Assembly (NCBI GenBank): GCA_963851265.1 | Contig: CAWKNZ010000004.1 | Span: 1 to 64,000 of the forward strand | Origin: an uncultured Gemmatimonadales bacterium | GTDB lineage: Bacteria > Gemmatimonadota > Gemmatimonadetes > Gemmatimonadales > Gemmatimonadaceae | Direction: 5' to 3' | Length of the DNA: 64,000 bases | In this document: in pieces, positions 30,025 to 40,625 of the stretch | Numbering within the stretch: position 1 is the first letter of the stretch | Layout: every line of letters begins with the position of its first letter | The notes under the pieces: model-generated | Told to the model about the DNA's origin: nothing | The model's input: only the letters and a program-made list of their open reading frames with translations | Databases searched by the model: none | Position numbers and translations under genes: made by a program

Positions 30025-30687
30025 TCACCGCGTGAGTGCATACGCGGCGATGTTGACGAAGAAGCGCGTGTTGTCGACGCTCTGGAACCGCTTGTTGTCG
30101 GGGTGATAGCCCCACTCCGAACTGTAGTCCTTGTTGCTGTAGAGCACGGCCACGCGCCCGCCGCGCATCACCGCACGCAGGTGCTTGTGCACGAGGTTGT
30201 CGCCCCACCCGTTCAGCTCGTGGCTGGTGGTCGGCGGGCCGTCGGGAAACTGAAAGAAGGCGCGATAGAGCGGGTGCTCGTTGGGCAGATCGACCATCGG
30301 GCCGAGCGTGTGCTCCAGCTCTTCGGTGCACGACTTGTGGAACACGCCGTCGACGTCGTGGTTGTGATCGTCGGCGAAGAGGAACCCGCCGCGGTCGATC
30401 CACGCGCGCAGCGTCCGCCGTTCGGCCTCGGAGAAGCGCACGGGCAGGTGCCCGGTGAGGTAAGCGAACGGATAGCGGAAGAGGGCGGCGGAGCCGAGCG
30501 GGACGATGACGCCGCTCGGGGCGACGCGCAGCGTCGTGTAGCGGGCGAGCGTGTCGATGAGGTTGGCGGGGACGAGCGGGGCGGCGTCCCAATCGCCACT
30601 CTCGTACTGCACCGTGGCGAAGGTGAAGTCGACCGGCGGTGCGGCGGCGTCGAGCGCGTTCGGCTCGCCCATGGGAAGTGCGCTCAC
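30025..30687 (-). CDS. DUF4159 domain protein
   Basis: QYESGDWD, YPFAYLTGH, GGFLFADDHNHD, ELNGWGD, YSNKDY..EW; GTGA overlap. Confidence 0.85.
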   Translation of the reverse strand: MSALPMGEPNALDAAAPPVDFTFATVQYESGDWDAAPLVPANLIDTLARYTTLRVAPSGVIVPLGSAALFRYPFAYLTGHLPVRFSEAERRTLRAWIDRGGFLFADDHNHDVDGVFHKSCTEELEHTLGPMVDLPNEHPLYRAFFQFPDGPPTTSHELNGWGDNLVHKHLRAVMRGGRVAVLYSNKDYSSEWGYHPDNKRFQSVDNTRFFVNIAAYALTR

Positions 30688-32963
30688 GGGCGGAGGTCCT
30701 GCCACCCGGGCGCCCACGCACCGGCACCCGCGGCGGCCGGCGCCGCCGGGCCGAGGGCGGCGCGGCGGGCGCGGGCGAGCGGCGCGGTGGCGTCGTCGCC
30801 GCGGCCGAGTGCCGCGAGGGCGTCGCCCAGTGCCGTGGCGAGGGCGGGCGCGCGACCGAGCGCCCCGACGCGGAGCACGGCCAGCGAGTCAGCGGCGGCG
30901 GCACGCGAGGCCGCGCCACCGGCGAGTGCGACAAGGGCGCGGTCGAGGGCCGCGGCGCGGGCCCGGGCGGCGGGGTCGAGCGACGGGTACAGGGCGCCCG
31001 GCGCGTCGTCGCGTGGGGCGGGGTGGAGCGTGTCGCCGCGCACGTGCCCGGCGCCGCGCACCTTCGCGAGGTCGACGACGACCACGGGCGGGCGGCCGCG
31101 GAGGTAGAGGCGCTCCGCCTGGTGCGCGCGCTGAAGGGCGGCGATCGCGCGGCGCATGGGCGCGAGGGCGCGCCGAGGCTCGCCCACCTCGAGCGCGCGC
31201 CCGGCGTCCCACATCGCGTTGTACGCTGCGAGGAGGGGCCGGTTGACCGCCGTGACCGGCGTTTCCGCTTCATCCCCCTCCAGCGCGCCGGCCGCGCCGG
31301 CACCGGTCGCCCGGTTCGCCTCCTCGACCAACTCCTGCGGGGTGAGCCGGCCACGGCGCTCCGAGGCGTCGGCATTACCCTGCGATTCCTCCCCGCTCGG
31401 CTGGGCGCCGAGCCGGCTGAACACGGCGTCCCCGACACGGCGCCGGAGCCGCGCCTGGTCGCCGCCGATCTTCCGCGATTCCTCGACGACGACCGGACGG
31501 TCGAGCGGCGCCCGGCGCGATTCGGCGCGGGCGACGAGTGCCTCCGTGAGCTGGAGGAGCATCCGCTGCCCGAACGCGGCCGTGTCGGCGTCGGGCGGGG
31601 GCGCGCCGTCGACCGCGACCGAGTCGTACTCGCCCGCGCGCGCGACGCGAATGGCGCGCGTTTCGGACGCCCCGGGCGCGGCGCCCGGCCGTGCGTCGCG
31701 GGCGAGCGCGCGCACGTGCACGAGGTCGCCCGGTTTGAGCTTCAGTGCGGCGAGGTCGAGCGCGGTGGTGAGTGCTCCCCCGCGTGCGCCGCCGAAGGTG
31801 GCCACTCCGACCCGCCCGGTGCGAAAGGTGAAGTTCTCTCCCTCGCCCGAGCTCACCACGTACTCGAACGCGCCGTCGACGAGGCCGATGTCGTCGTCCG
31901 CACGTGCACGAAGGGCCACGGTTCCCTGCGGCGCCCGAACCACGGTGTCGCGCGACGGAGCGAGGAGTGCCACGCGCGGCGGAAGATCCGGGCGCGGGTC
32001 GAGCACGACCAGCCGGTCGCGCACGGGACCCGCGAGGCGCAGCGCGACCGGTGTCGTGGGCATCGCGAGCGTCACGCGCCAGCGCCCGCCGCCGGACACG
32101 CGGACGACGAGGGGCGACGCGGCCGGCGAGGTCAGGAGCGCGGCGCGCACGCGCGCCGCCTCTCCCGCGCCCTCGACGACGAGCGCGCTGCCGACGAGCG
32201 CCGCGACGGCGCTCGGGTCGTCGAGGGTGCGCGCGGACTCGCCCGCGTAGGCCGGCGGGGTCACGGTCGCGCGCACGTGCGCGAGCGGATCGGCGACCGC
32301 GGTAGCACCGACGCCAGCCACATCTCGCGTCGATGGCGCCAGGCTGTCCGTCATATGCGCGGCGAATGGCGCGAACTCCGCGAGCACGAGGAGCACGAGC
32401 ATGACCATGAGCACGACGGCCGGGCGTCGGAGGGCGCGCCACCCGGTCTCGCGTAGCAGGTCGTCCCACCGCGTGTCGCGCACGCGGTCCGCCAGAACGC
32501 GGGCGACGGGCGCCGGGAGCGGCGTGGCAGCCCCATCGTCGGCGAGGGTGACGAGCGCGTACTGCAGCGTCGGGACGCGAGCCTCGATCCAGAGCGCCAC
32601 CGCGGCAAGGGTCCATTCGCGCGAGAGCGGTGCCACGGTCAATCCCCCGGCGCACACGACGGCGCATCCCGCCAGGAGCACGAGTGGGAGCGGCACGTGC
32701 GCACCCAGTCCGCGCGCGACATGTTGCGCGAGCGCGCACGCCAGTAGCGCCGCGGCGACCCACAGAGCGGCGCGCGCGACGGCAATCCCGCGCAGCGTGC
32801 GTCGTGTACGCTCGAGCCGTGCGGTCGCGACGGCGCGCGCCCGCTGCGACTCGCGCACGTCAGAGCCGGGGACGTCGCCCGACGGCTCGGCGCGGAGCGG
32901 GCGCACCTGGCGCGACGCCGTCCCAGCGGAACCGGACGGCAGATGGGACCGACCTGTGGTCAT
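30684..32963 (-). CDS. DUF4175-like large membrane protein
   Basis: N-terminal TM helices, PPAY, ADDDIGL, C-terminal helical region AMWDA..AL...P..AL; ATGA overlap. Confidence 0.65.
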   Translation of the reverse strand: MTTGRSHLPSGSAGTASRQVRPLRAEPSGDVPGSDVRESQRARAVATARLERTRRTLRGIAVARAALWVAAALLACALAQHVARGLGAHVPLPLVLLAGCAVVCAGGLTVAPLSREWTLAAVALWIEARVPTLQYALVTLADDGAATPLPAPVARVLADRVRDTRWDDLLRETGWRALRRPAVVLMVMLVLLVLAEFAPFAAHMTDSLAPSTRDVAGVGATAVADPLAHVRATVTPPAYAGESARTLDDPSAVAALVGSALVVEGAGEAARVRAALLTSPAASPLVVRVSGGGRWRVTLAMPTTPVALRLAGPVRDRLVVLDPRPDLPPRVALLAPSRDTVVRAPQGTVALRARADDDIGLVDGAFEYVVSSGEGENFTFRTGRVGVATFGGARGGALTTALDLAALKLKPGDLVHVRALARDARPGAAPGASETRAIRVARAGEYDSVAVDGAPPPDADTAAFGQRMLLQLTEALVARAESRRAPLDRPVVVEESRKIGGDQARLRRRVGDAVFSRLGAQPSGEESQGNADASERRGRLTPQELVEEANRATGAGAAGALEGDEAETPVTAVNRPLLAAYNAMWDAGRALEVGEPRRALAPMRRAIAALQRAHQAERLYLRGRPPVVVVDLAKVRGAGHVRGDTLHPAPRDDAPGALYPSLDPAARARAAALDRALVALAGGAASRAAAADSLAVLRVGALGRAPALATALGDALAALGRGDDATAPLARARRAALGPAAPAAAGAGAWAPGWQDLRP

Positions 32964-34510
32964 GCGACGGCGGCGAGGTTCGGACCGTCCGGTCCTGACG
33001 CCACCGACCGATCGGGGCTCGACGTGCCGCGGTCACCGGCACCGAGGTCGTCCTCGGCGTTGGACGCGTCGACCGGACGGCGCAGCAGGCGGCGGAGCGG
33101 GAGCTCCGCGACGAGCAGCGCCGCCGACGTTGCGAGCAGCGCGGCGCCGAGTGGGTCGGGCATGTCGGTCGAGTGGGGTGCGCGGAGCGAAGCCGCGGCG
33201 AGCAGCGGTCCCGTGCCGCCGAGGCGCGCCAGGTCGGCCGGCGCGAGTGCGGCGGGCTCGCGCGGCGGATCGCAGGGTCCGAGCAGGGCGGGGAGCGTCG
33301 CGAGGAAGGTCGGCCGGAGGGCGGCGTCGCCGGTCTGCGGCACGCGCACGGCGACCGTCCGAACGCAACCACCCCCGGTGCGCTGTTCGATCGCGGCGGG
33401 CGCACCATCCGACCAGCGGGCCACGGTGCGCGACCGCCCGGTCGCGGCACCGATGTCGCTCGCGTCCGCCCCGCCGTGTCCGACGCGCCCAAACGCTCCG
33501 ACCGCGACCTGGGCACCGACGACCAGCGCCTGGGCCGTGTCCGAGCGCGGAGGCCCGGTCTGCGCGTCCACGGCCGGCCAGACGACGAGCACGTGTCCGG
33601 GCGCGGTGGCCCACGTCCGGTCGGCGTCGGTCGCCCGGTCGCGCACGATCCGCACCGGCGCGGCCGCGTCGCGCGCCGTCCCCGCCAGAGCGAGCGCCGC
33701 GGCCAGGGCGTCGTCGGTCGGGCCGCCGCGGAGGGCGACGGCGACGCGCGGCGCGCGGCCTGGGCGCGACGCTGCCATCGGCGCGCCCGCCGGCGCGACC
33801 GGCGCCCGGGCGGCGCGCACCAGCCGAGCGCGCCCCGCCCAACTCCGCCGGAGCGCCAGCGTCGCCGCGTCGACCTCATCACGGGCGAAGGGCGAGACGA
33901 TCACGAGTTCGACCGAGTCTGCCGCGTCCACGACGGCCGGCACGGCCCGGCGCGCCGCGACCAGCGCCGCCGAGAGCGTCCCGCTGGCGGGCGACCCTGC
34001 GGGCAGGTCGCCCGCTGCACGATCGGAGTCCGACGCCGCGGTTGCGAGCGCCGAATCGACGGCGGCGCGACGCGCGGCCGCGTCGTCCGACGCGGCCGGC
34101 GAGCGGCCGACGAGGTGGAGCGCCGCGCGCGGCACGTCGGCGAACGGGACGAGCGCGTCACCCGGACTCACGAGCGCCCGCACGCTGTCGCGCACCGCGC
34201 CGCGGGTCGCGACGGCGCCGACGTCGGCGAGCACCACGCGTGCGATCCGCCGGCGCGCGGGTTCACGCACCGGCCACGCGAGCGCCAGCGCGGCGAGCGC
34301 CGCGGCGGCCACGCGCACGGCGAGCAACCACGCGTCGGCGGGTCGGGCCAGCCGGCGCGCCGCCCGCGGCGCGCGGTCGGGCGCGAAGCGCGCCGTGGGC
34401 AGCAACGCCGGCCGCGGCCGCCCCACGGTGACCGCGTGGAGCAGCGCGAGTCCACCCGCCGCGACCGCACCGAGCGCGAGCGCTGCCGGCGCGAGCAGCG
34501 TCACGATCAT
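32960..34510 (-). CDS. BatA-like N-terminal double-TM domain protein
   Basis: LALLH...LPTARF...LLAVR...LALAWP N-terminal pattern; C-terminal TM; ATGA overlap with DUF58 gene. Confidence 0.7.
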   Translation of the reverse strand: MIVTLLAPAALALGAVAAGGLALLHAVTVGRPRPALLPTARFAPDRAPRAARRLARPADAWLLAVRVAAAALAALALAWPVREPARRRIARVVLADVGAVATRGAVRDSVRALVSPGDALVPFADVPRAALHLVGRSPAASDDAAARRAAVDSALATAASDSDRAAGDLPAGSPASGTLSAALVAARRAVPAVVDAADSVELVIVSPFARDEVDAATLALRRSWAGRARLVRAARAPVAPAGAPMAASRPGRAPRVAVALRGGPTDDALAAALALAGTARDAAAPVRIVRDRATDADRTWATAPGHVLVVWPAVDAQTGPPRSDTAQALVVGAQVAVGAFGRVGHGGADASDIGAATGRSRTVARWSDGAPAAIEQRTGGGCVRTVAVRVPQTGDAALRPTFLATLPALLGPCDPPREPAALAPADLARLGGTGPLLAAASLRAPHSTDMPDPLGAALLATSAALLVAELPLRRLLRRPVDASNAEDDLGAGDRGTSSPDRSVASGPDGPNLAAVA

Positions 34511-35415
34511 GCGTCCGCGCCTCGCGGTTCGGCCATGCCCTGCACCACCCGGCGCACCGCCCGCACCGGCCCCTCGTCCGTGCGCACGAGGGTGTAGGAT
34601 GCGCCCGCATCGCGCCATCCGCGCGCCACCTCGGCACGCCAGGCGCCAAATTGTGCGAGGTACGTCGCTCGCGCACCCGCGTCCAGTGCACGGCGCGTGA
34701 GGGCGTTCTCCGGATCGACCGCGACGCGGATGCCCGCGGGAGGCTCCAACTCCTCGACGGCCACCACGTGCACCGCGTACACCTCGCCCCCGCCCGCCGC
34801 GTGCGCCGCCGTCGAGCGCCTCACGGCTGCCAGGTCGTCCTCGAGGAAGTCGCCGATCAGCACGATGCGCGTTCCGGCCCCGCGCGGCACGCGCGCGACC
34901 AGCGGCGCGAGCCCTCCAGTCCCAGCCGGCGTCACCGCGCCGAGCGTGTTCGCGATTTCCAGCACGACGCCACGGCGCGAGCGTGGCGCGAGCACCTGGA
35001 CGGTCCCGCCGCCGGCGACCACGAGTCCCACCGGGTCGCCCGCGGCGTGCGCCACCGACGCGAGGCCGACCGCGACCGCGCACGCCGTGCGCCACTTCGC
35101 ATGCAACCGTTCGGTCCGCCCGGCCGCCGCGGCCGCGTCCGGGTACGCCATCGACAGCGTGGCGTCGACCACGCACACCGTCGGCAGCAGGGCATGGTCG
35201 TCAGCCAGGCGGACGTACGCCCGATCGCTGCGCGCCAGCAGACGCCAGTCCAACCGCCGCGGATCGTCGCCCTGGCGGTACGCGCGGTACTCGCTGAACT
35301 CACCGCCCGGCCCACGCAGGCGCGCGGGGTGCGCGCCGGGCAGTACGCCCGGCACCCGGCGCCGAGCGGGCCAGCGCAGCCCGCGGAGTTCGTCGAGAAG
35401 GGGAGCGTAGGTCAT
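34507..35415 (-). CDS. DUF58 (vWA-like) protein
   Basis: GEFSEYRAYRQGDDPRRLDW, VDATLSM, IGDF. Confidence 0.9.
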   Translation of the reverse strand: MTYAPLLDELRGLRWPARRRVPGVLPGAHPARLRGPGGEFSEYRAYRQGDDPRRLDWRLLARSDRAYVRLADDHALLPTVCVVDATLSMAYPDAAAAAGRTERLHAKWRTACAVAVGLASVAHAAGDPVGLVVAGGGTVQVLAPRSRRGVVLEIANTLGAVTPAGTGGLAPLVARVPRGAGTRIVLIGDFLEDDLAAVRRSTAAHAAGGGEVYAVHVVAVEELEPPAGIRVAVDPENALTRRALDAGARATYLAQFGAWRAEVARGWRDAGASYTLVRTDEGPVRAVRRVVQGMAEPRGADA

Positions 35416-35486
35416 CGGGTCAGCGCGCAGCAGATCGCACCGTCACCGCCGGGCACGACCGGACCGTCCGCCCTCCCCCGCCCTCC

Positions 35487-36563
<1,077 letters not shown>

Positions 36564-36593
36564 GCAGGCACTACGCCCAGAGGCCGCGCGACG

Positions 36594-37025
36594 TTAGCTC
36601 GGCGATACGGCCCCCCTGAACAGGTCCGCCACCGCCACGCGGAACTCGGGCAGCACGGGCGCGCCGTCGAGCTCGGCCCCCCACGGCACACACCGCACCG
36701 GCTGCCCTGCCGCGTGCACCTCCACCGCGCGCCGGCGCGGGTCGATCACCCACGCCAGTTCGGTCCCACCCGCGGGCGAGCGGACCGTGTCGGCATCGGG
36801 AGGAAGCGCGAACCCGGTTCCGTCCATGAAGCAGCGACCGAGTGCACGCGGTTCGACATGGCGATCGGGCGCACGGAACACGTTCGCGGCGATTCCCGCG
36901 TGCCGCCCACCCGCGGGTGCCAGGACGCGAATCTCCCCGTGCGCGAGTTCCGACGGCCCGTTCGCCGCCGGGTGGTGGGAGAAATCCGCCGCGGTCATCC
37001 GCTCCGTGCCGACGGTCGTCGCCAT
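36594..37025 (-). pseudogene. Uma2/DUF820 endonuclease-family gene with internal in-frame deletion
   Basis: ELAHGEI..P...H, GF.L...TVRSP jumps directly to AGGTELAWVIDP...VLPEF; central PD...VEVLSP region missing. Confidence 0.7.
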
Positions 37026-37094
37026 GTGCGCCTCCGTATCTGTGGGCCCGCCCCGCCTCCAAACTAGTGCGGCCGGGCCACCCCGAGTCGCCGG

Positions 37095-39623
37095 TCACCC
37101 CGGCGGGCCGCCCCCACCGCTCGGCGCCTGCTGCGGCGCGGCATCGTTGGTCTGCGGCCGGAACTGTGGCGGCTTGCCGAACGTGTAGTTGAAGCTGACG
37201 CGGACCGCCCGCGCCCCGAAGTGCTGGTCGGTCGTCTGGACCAGCGGCCCGTTCACCGTGCGCATCCCGAACGCCACGAGGTTGAACGGGTCCTGCGCCG
37301 AGAACGTGAGCGTCTTCTGGTCGCCGCCCAGCTTGCGCTTGACGGCGAGCGAGTTCCACGTGAAGCCGCGCATCCGCCCCCCCTCCACGTTCTGCGGGGC
37401 GCGGTAGAACACGAAGGCCTGCAGGTCGACGAGCGGCGTGGCCTTGAACGTCGCGTTGCCGCGCGCGTTCCACCCCGCGCCGCGGAACGACACGTCGGGC
37501 GTGACGTTGTGCGCGTCGGTCGAGACCCCGAACACGCTCCCGCCGCCGAACATCGTGAACCGCCCGAGGCGCAGCGACAGGTTCAGGTCGGTGCCGTACG
37601 ACTTGCTGAGCGCGACGTTGGCGAACGTCGACCGCGTGACCCCGGCCGTGTCGACGGTGCGGATGTAGCGCACCGCGTTGGGCGTGTGGCGGAAGTACGG
37701 GCTGAGCTGGAGCGAGCCCTTCGAGAACGACCGCTGGTAGCCCAGCTCGAACGAGTTGGTGTACTCGGGGCGGAGCGTCGGGTTGCCCTGGAAGATGCTG
37801 TACGCGTCCTGCCGCTGGACGAACGGGTTGAGCTGCGACGGGTCGGGCCGGTTGATGCGCCGCGAGTAGCTCACCTTGAGCTGTTGCGTCGCGTCGATGT
37901 TGTACGCGACGAGCGCGCTCGGGAACGCGCTCTTGTACCCGTTGTCGTAGCGCTGTGCGCCCGCGGCCGTCGGCGTCGCGGCGGCCCCGGGTGCGGCGAG
38001 CCCCGTGGACGCGGGCACGCCCGCCGCCAGGTCGAAGCGCGTCGTGGCCTGCTCCAGCCGCAGCCCGCCCTGGAACTGCCACGGCCCCGCCTTTTGCGTG
38101 AGCACCCCATACGCCGATTCGACGTTCTCGTGGTACTCGAACGCGTTGGCCTGTCCGGCGAGCGCGACGTAGCCGGCGCCCGAGTCGGCCGCGGCGCTGA
38201 AGGCGGTCGACTGGCGGCGGCGGACGCCGAGCAGGCCGGCCTCGAGCTTGGTGTTGGCGCCTAACGCGCGAGTCCAGTCGGTCTGCAGGCGCCAGGTGGG
38301 CGTGCGCTCGCGCTCGGTGGTGCGCGTCGGCACGCCGAGCGGCTGCGCCGCCGCGGCCGCGAGCTGCCGCGGCACGATCTGGCTGTCGAACCCGGGCTGC
38401 GCGTCGTTGAGCCGCAACTCGACGCTGAACGCGTTGCGGTCGGGGTCGACCGTGTGCCGGTAGGCGAGCGCGTAATCGCCGGTGGTGCTCGGCGAGCGGG
38501 AGCTGGTGAACTGCCCGTAGCGCGCCGTCGGCGTGCCGAGCGCGTCGGCGGCGACGTAGGCCGCGTTGCTCGTGCGCGTGAACGCGCCGGTGTTGAACAC
38601 GACGTCGCCCGCGAGCGCGTCGTGCTCGGCGAGCTTGTACTCGCCGCGCAGCGTCGCACTCTGGAACTGCGGCTGCTGGTGCCCCGTGAGCGTCGAATTC
38701 AGCGTGGTCGGGGTCGCGCCGCCGTTGAACTGGTCGGAGGTGCCCGACGAGACGCGGTTCTCGTGGAAGAAGCCGTAGCTCGCGAACCCCGTCCACGGCC
38801 CCTGCTGCCGCCCCACGTTGCCGTTGAGGTTGACGAGGCCCGAGGTCGACGTCGACGCCTGGAACCCGCCGCTGGTGCCGAGGTCGGTGCGCTGGGTGAG
38901 CGTGATGTTGATGATGCCGGCCTGGCCGTCGGGGTCGTTCTTGGCCGACGGGTTGGTGATCACGTCGACCTTCGCGACGAGGTTGGCCGGGAGCTGCGCG
39001 AGGTAGTTGCCTAACTGCGTGCCCTTGAGCGGCGTCGGCCGGCCGTTGATCTGGACGGTCACGTTCTGGTTGCCCCGCACCGACACGTTGTTGTCGGTGT
39101 CCACCTCCACCTGCGGCACGTTGCGCAGCACGTCGATCGCGGTGCCCCCCGCGGCGGCGGGGAGATCCTTGGTCTGGAACGTGTTGCGGTCGGGCGCGAG
39201 CGTGGCCGCGTCGGCCTGGGCCTGCACCTGCACGCCGCCGAGCTGCGCCGCGACGCTGGCGAGCGCCAGGCGCCCGAGTTCGACCGTGCCCCCGGCCGCG
39301 ACCACCACGCTGCGCACGAGCGGGGCGTAGCCGAGCGAGCGCACCCGCACCGTGTACCGCCCCGGGCGGAGCCCCTCGACGCGGAACGTGCCGTCCGCGT
39401 GGACCTGCGCGCCGCCGGCGAGCTCGGAGTCTGATGTACCCGCCGTGGACCGCACCGCCACCGACGCCGTCGCGACTGGCTGTCCGGAGGCGGCCGCGAC
39501 GACGGTGCCGCGCACCTCGCCGCGGCCGCGCGCGGGCTGCGCCGGGGACTGGGCCGCCGCCTGCTGCGCGGCGACGGCGGTGAAGCAGGACGCGGCGACG
39601 AGCAACCCGCGGCGGAAGGGCAT
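37095..39623 (-). CDS. TonB-dependent receptor / outer-membrane beta-barrel family protein with carboxypeptidase-regulatory-like N-domain
   Basis: Signal peptide, GTAIDVLRNVP, DVITNPSAK, YSRRINRP, GNPTLRPEYTNSFEL, VSFNYTF followed by short tail. Confidence 0.88.
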   Translation of the reverse strand: MPFRRGLLVAASCFTAVAAQQAAAQSPAQPARGRGEVRGTVVAAASGQPVATASVAVRSTAGTSDSELAGGAQVHADGTFRVEGLRPGRYTVRVRSLGYAPLVRSVVVAAGGTVELGRLALASVAAQLGGVQVQAQADAATLAPDRNTFQTKDLPAAAGGTAIDVLRNVPQVEVDTDNNVSVRGNQNVTVQINGRPTPLKGTQLGNYLAQLPANLVAKVDVITNPSAKNDPDGQAGIINITLTQRTDLGTSGGFQASTSTSGLVNLNGNVGRQQGPWTGFASYGFFHENRVSSGTSDQFNGGATPTTLNSTLTGHQQPQFQSATLRGEYKLAEHDALAGDVVFNTGAFTRTSNAAYVAADALGTPTARYGQFTSSRSPSTTGDYALAYRHTVDPDRNAFSVELRLNDAQPGFDSQIVPRQLAAAAAQPLGVPTRTTERERTPTWRLQTDWTRALGANTKLEAGLLGVRRRQSTAFSAAADSGAGYVALAGQANAFEYHENVESAYGVLTQKAGPWQFQGGLRLEQATTRFDLAAGVPASTGLAAPGAAATPTAAGAQRYDNGYKSAFPSALVAYNIDATQQLKVSYSRRINRPDPSQLNPFVQRQDAYSIFQGNPTLRPEYTNSFELGYQRSFSKGSLQLSPYFRHTPNAVRYIRTVDTAGVTRSTFANVALSKSYGTDLNLSLRLGRFTMFGGGSVFGVSTDAHNVTPDVSFRGAGWNARGNATFKATPLVDLQAFVFYRAPQNVEGGRMRGFTWNSLAVKRKLGGDQKTLTFSAQDPFNLVAFGMRTVNGPLVQTTDQHFGARAVRVSFNYTFGKPPQFRPQTNDAAPQQAPSGGGGPPG

Positions 39624-39849
39624 GGCTGACAGGGGTGACGGAGACGTGGCGCGCAGGGGCCACGACGCACGGCGTGGCACCCGGATACGACAACGCGGCG
39701 GCGCAGATGGTTGCGCCGCCGCGTGCGAGGAATACGCGCGGGCCGTGCCGTTTGTTCGCCGAACGGGCAAACGTGGAGCCGATCGCGACCGATCCGTGAC
39801 CGTGGCGGGACGACCGGGTGGCCGACCCTGCGGCCGCACCCGTGGGCCG

Positions 39850-40377
39850 CTACTGCTCGTCCGCCGTCGGCCCGTACATGCCGGGCACCGCCACGCCGAG
39901 CAGCCGGTAGTACACCGTCAACTGGCCGCGGTGGTGCGCGGCGTGGCTGACGAGGTGCTGCCGGAGCACGCGCCCGCGCCGGTCGTCGATGAAGACGGCG
40001 TCGCCCATGCGCAGCTTCCAGCGGTCGTCGAGGCGCTCGTGCACCGCGGCCTCGACGGCGGCGCGCGCCGACGCCGCCGACCGGTCGAACATCGCGACCA
40101 GCTCCGCGGCCGTACGCCCGACCTCGGGCTTGTAGGGCGTCGCGGCCATGTCGTGCTCGTCCGAGTTCAGCATGATCGCCGCGAAGTTGGGGAGCGTGGC
40201 GACGTGCGAGGCGAGCACGGCGAGCGACATCGACTTCTCGTGCGGCTTGAAGTCCGCGTGCTCGGCGGGAAAGCGCTCCAAGAGTCGACGTGTGGCGGCG
40301 AACTCGGCGTCGAGGTCGTCGAAGTGACGGTCGAGGACGGTGGCGGAGCCCGTCGGGGTCGTGCCGGCGGTGGTCAT
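39850..40377 (-). CDS. DinB family protein
   Basis: KPHEKSMSL..LASHV, HAAHHRGQLTVYYRLLG..VPGMYG. Confidence 0.88.
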   Translation of the reverse strand: MTTAGTTPTGSATVLDRHFDDLDAEFAATRRLLERFPAEHADFKPHEKSMSLAVLASHVATLPNFAAIMLNSDEHDMAATPYKPEVGRTAAELVAMFDRSAASARAAVEAAVHERLDDRWKLRMGDAVFIDDRRGRVLRQHLVSHAAHHRGQLTVYYRLLGVAVPGMYGPTADEQ

Positions 40378-40540
40378 GCGAGCGATGGTCGGGGGCGGGG
40401 GATGCCGTCGAGCGCGCCGACGGAGGCGGCCCGGCGTGCGACAAGCTACGCCAGGCCGTCCAGGCCGACTACTCGGCGGGCCGGCGGCCCCCGTGGCGTC
40501 AGCACTCCCCGCCCCCGCTGCGTAGCAGGTCCGTAGCGGG

Positions 40541-40589
40541 CCCGTCGCACGGGCCGTCGTACGTCCCGTCGTACGTCCCCGTCGTACGG
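40541..40589. repeat. 12-13 bp tandem repeat CCCGTCGTACGT x~4 upstream of second tldD
   Basis: Units at about 40541, 40553, 40565, 40578. Confidence 0.8.
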
Positions 40590-40625
40590 CCTCTCGCACC
40601 ACCGTTCCCGAACCTCACCCCGCGC

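Noticed and set aside
36571..39693. Very long alternative-frame and antisense ORFs (e.g. 36571..39693, 3001..4884, 7434..9701, 12906..15446)
   Set aside because: Arg/Ala/Gly/Pro-rich shadow frames expected at this GC content; they overlap genes with clear family motifs.
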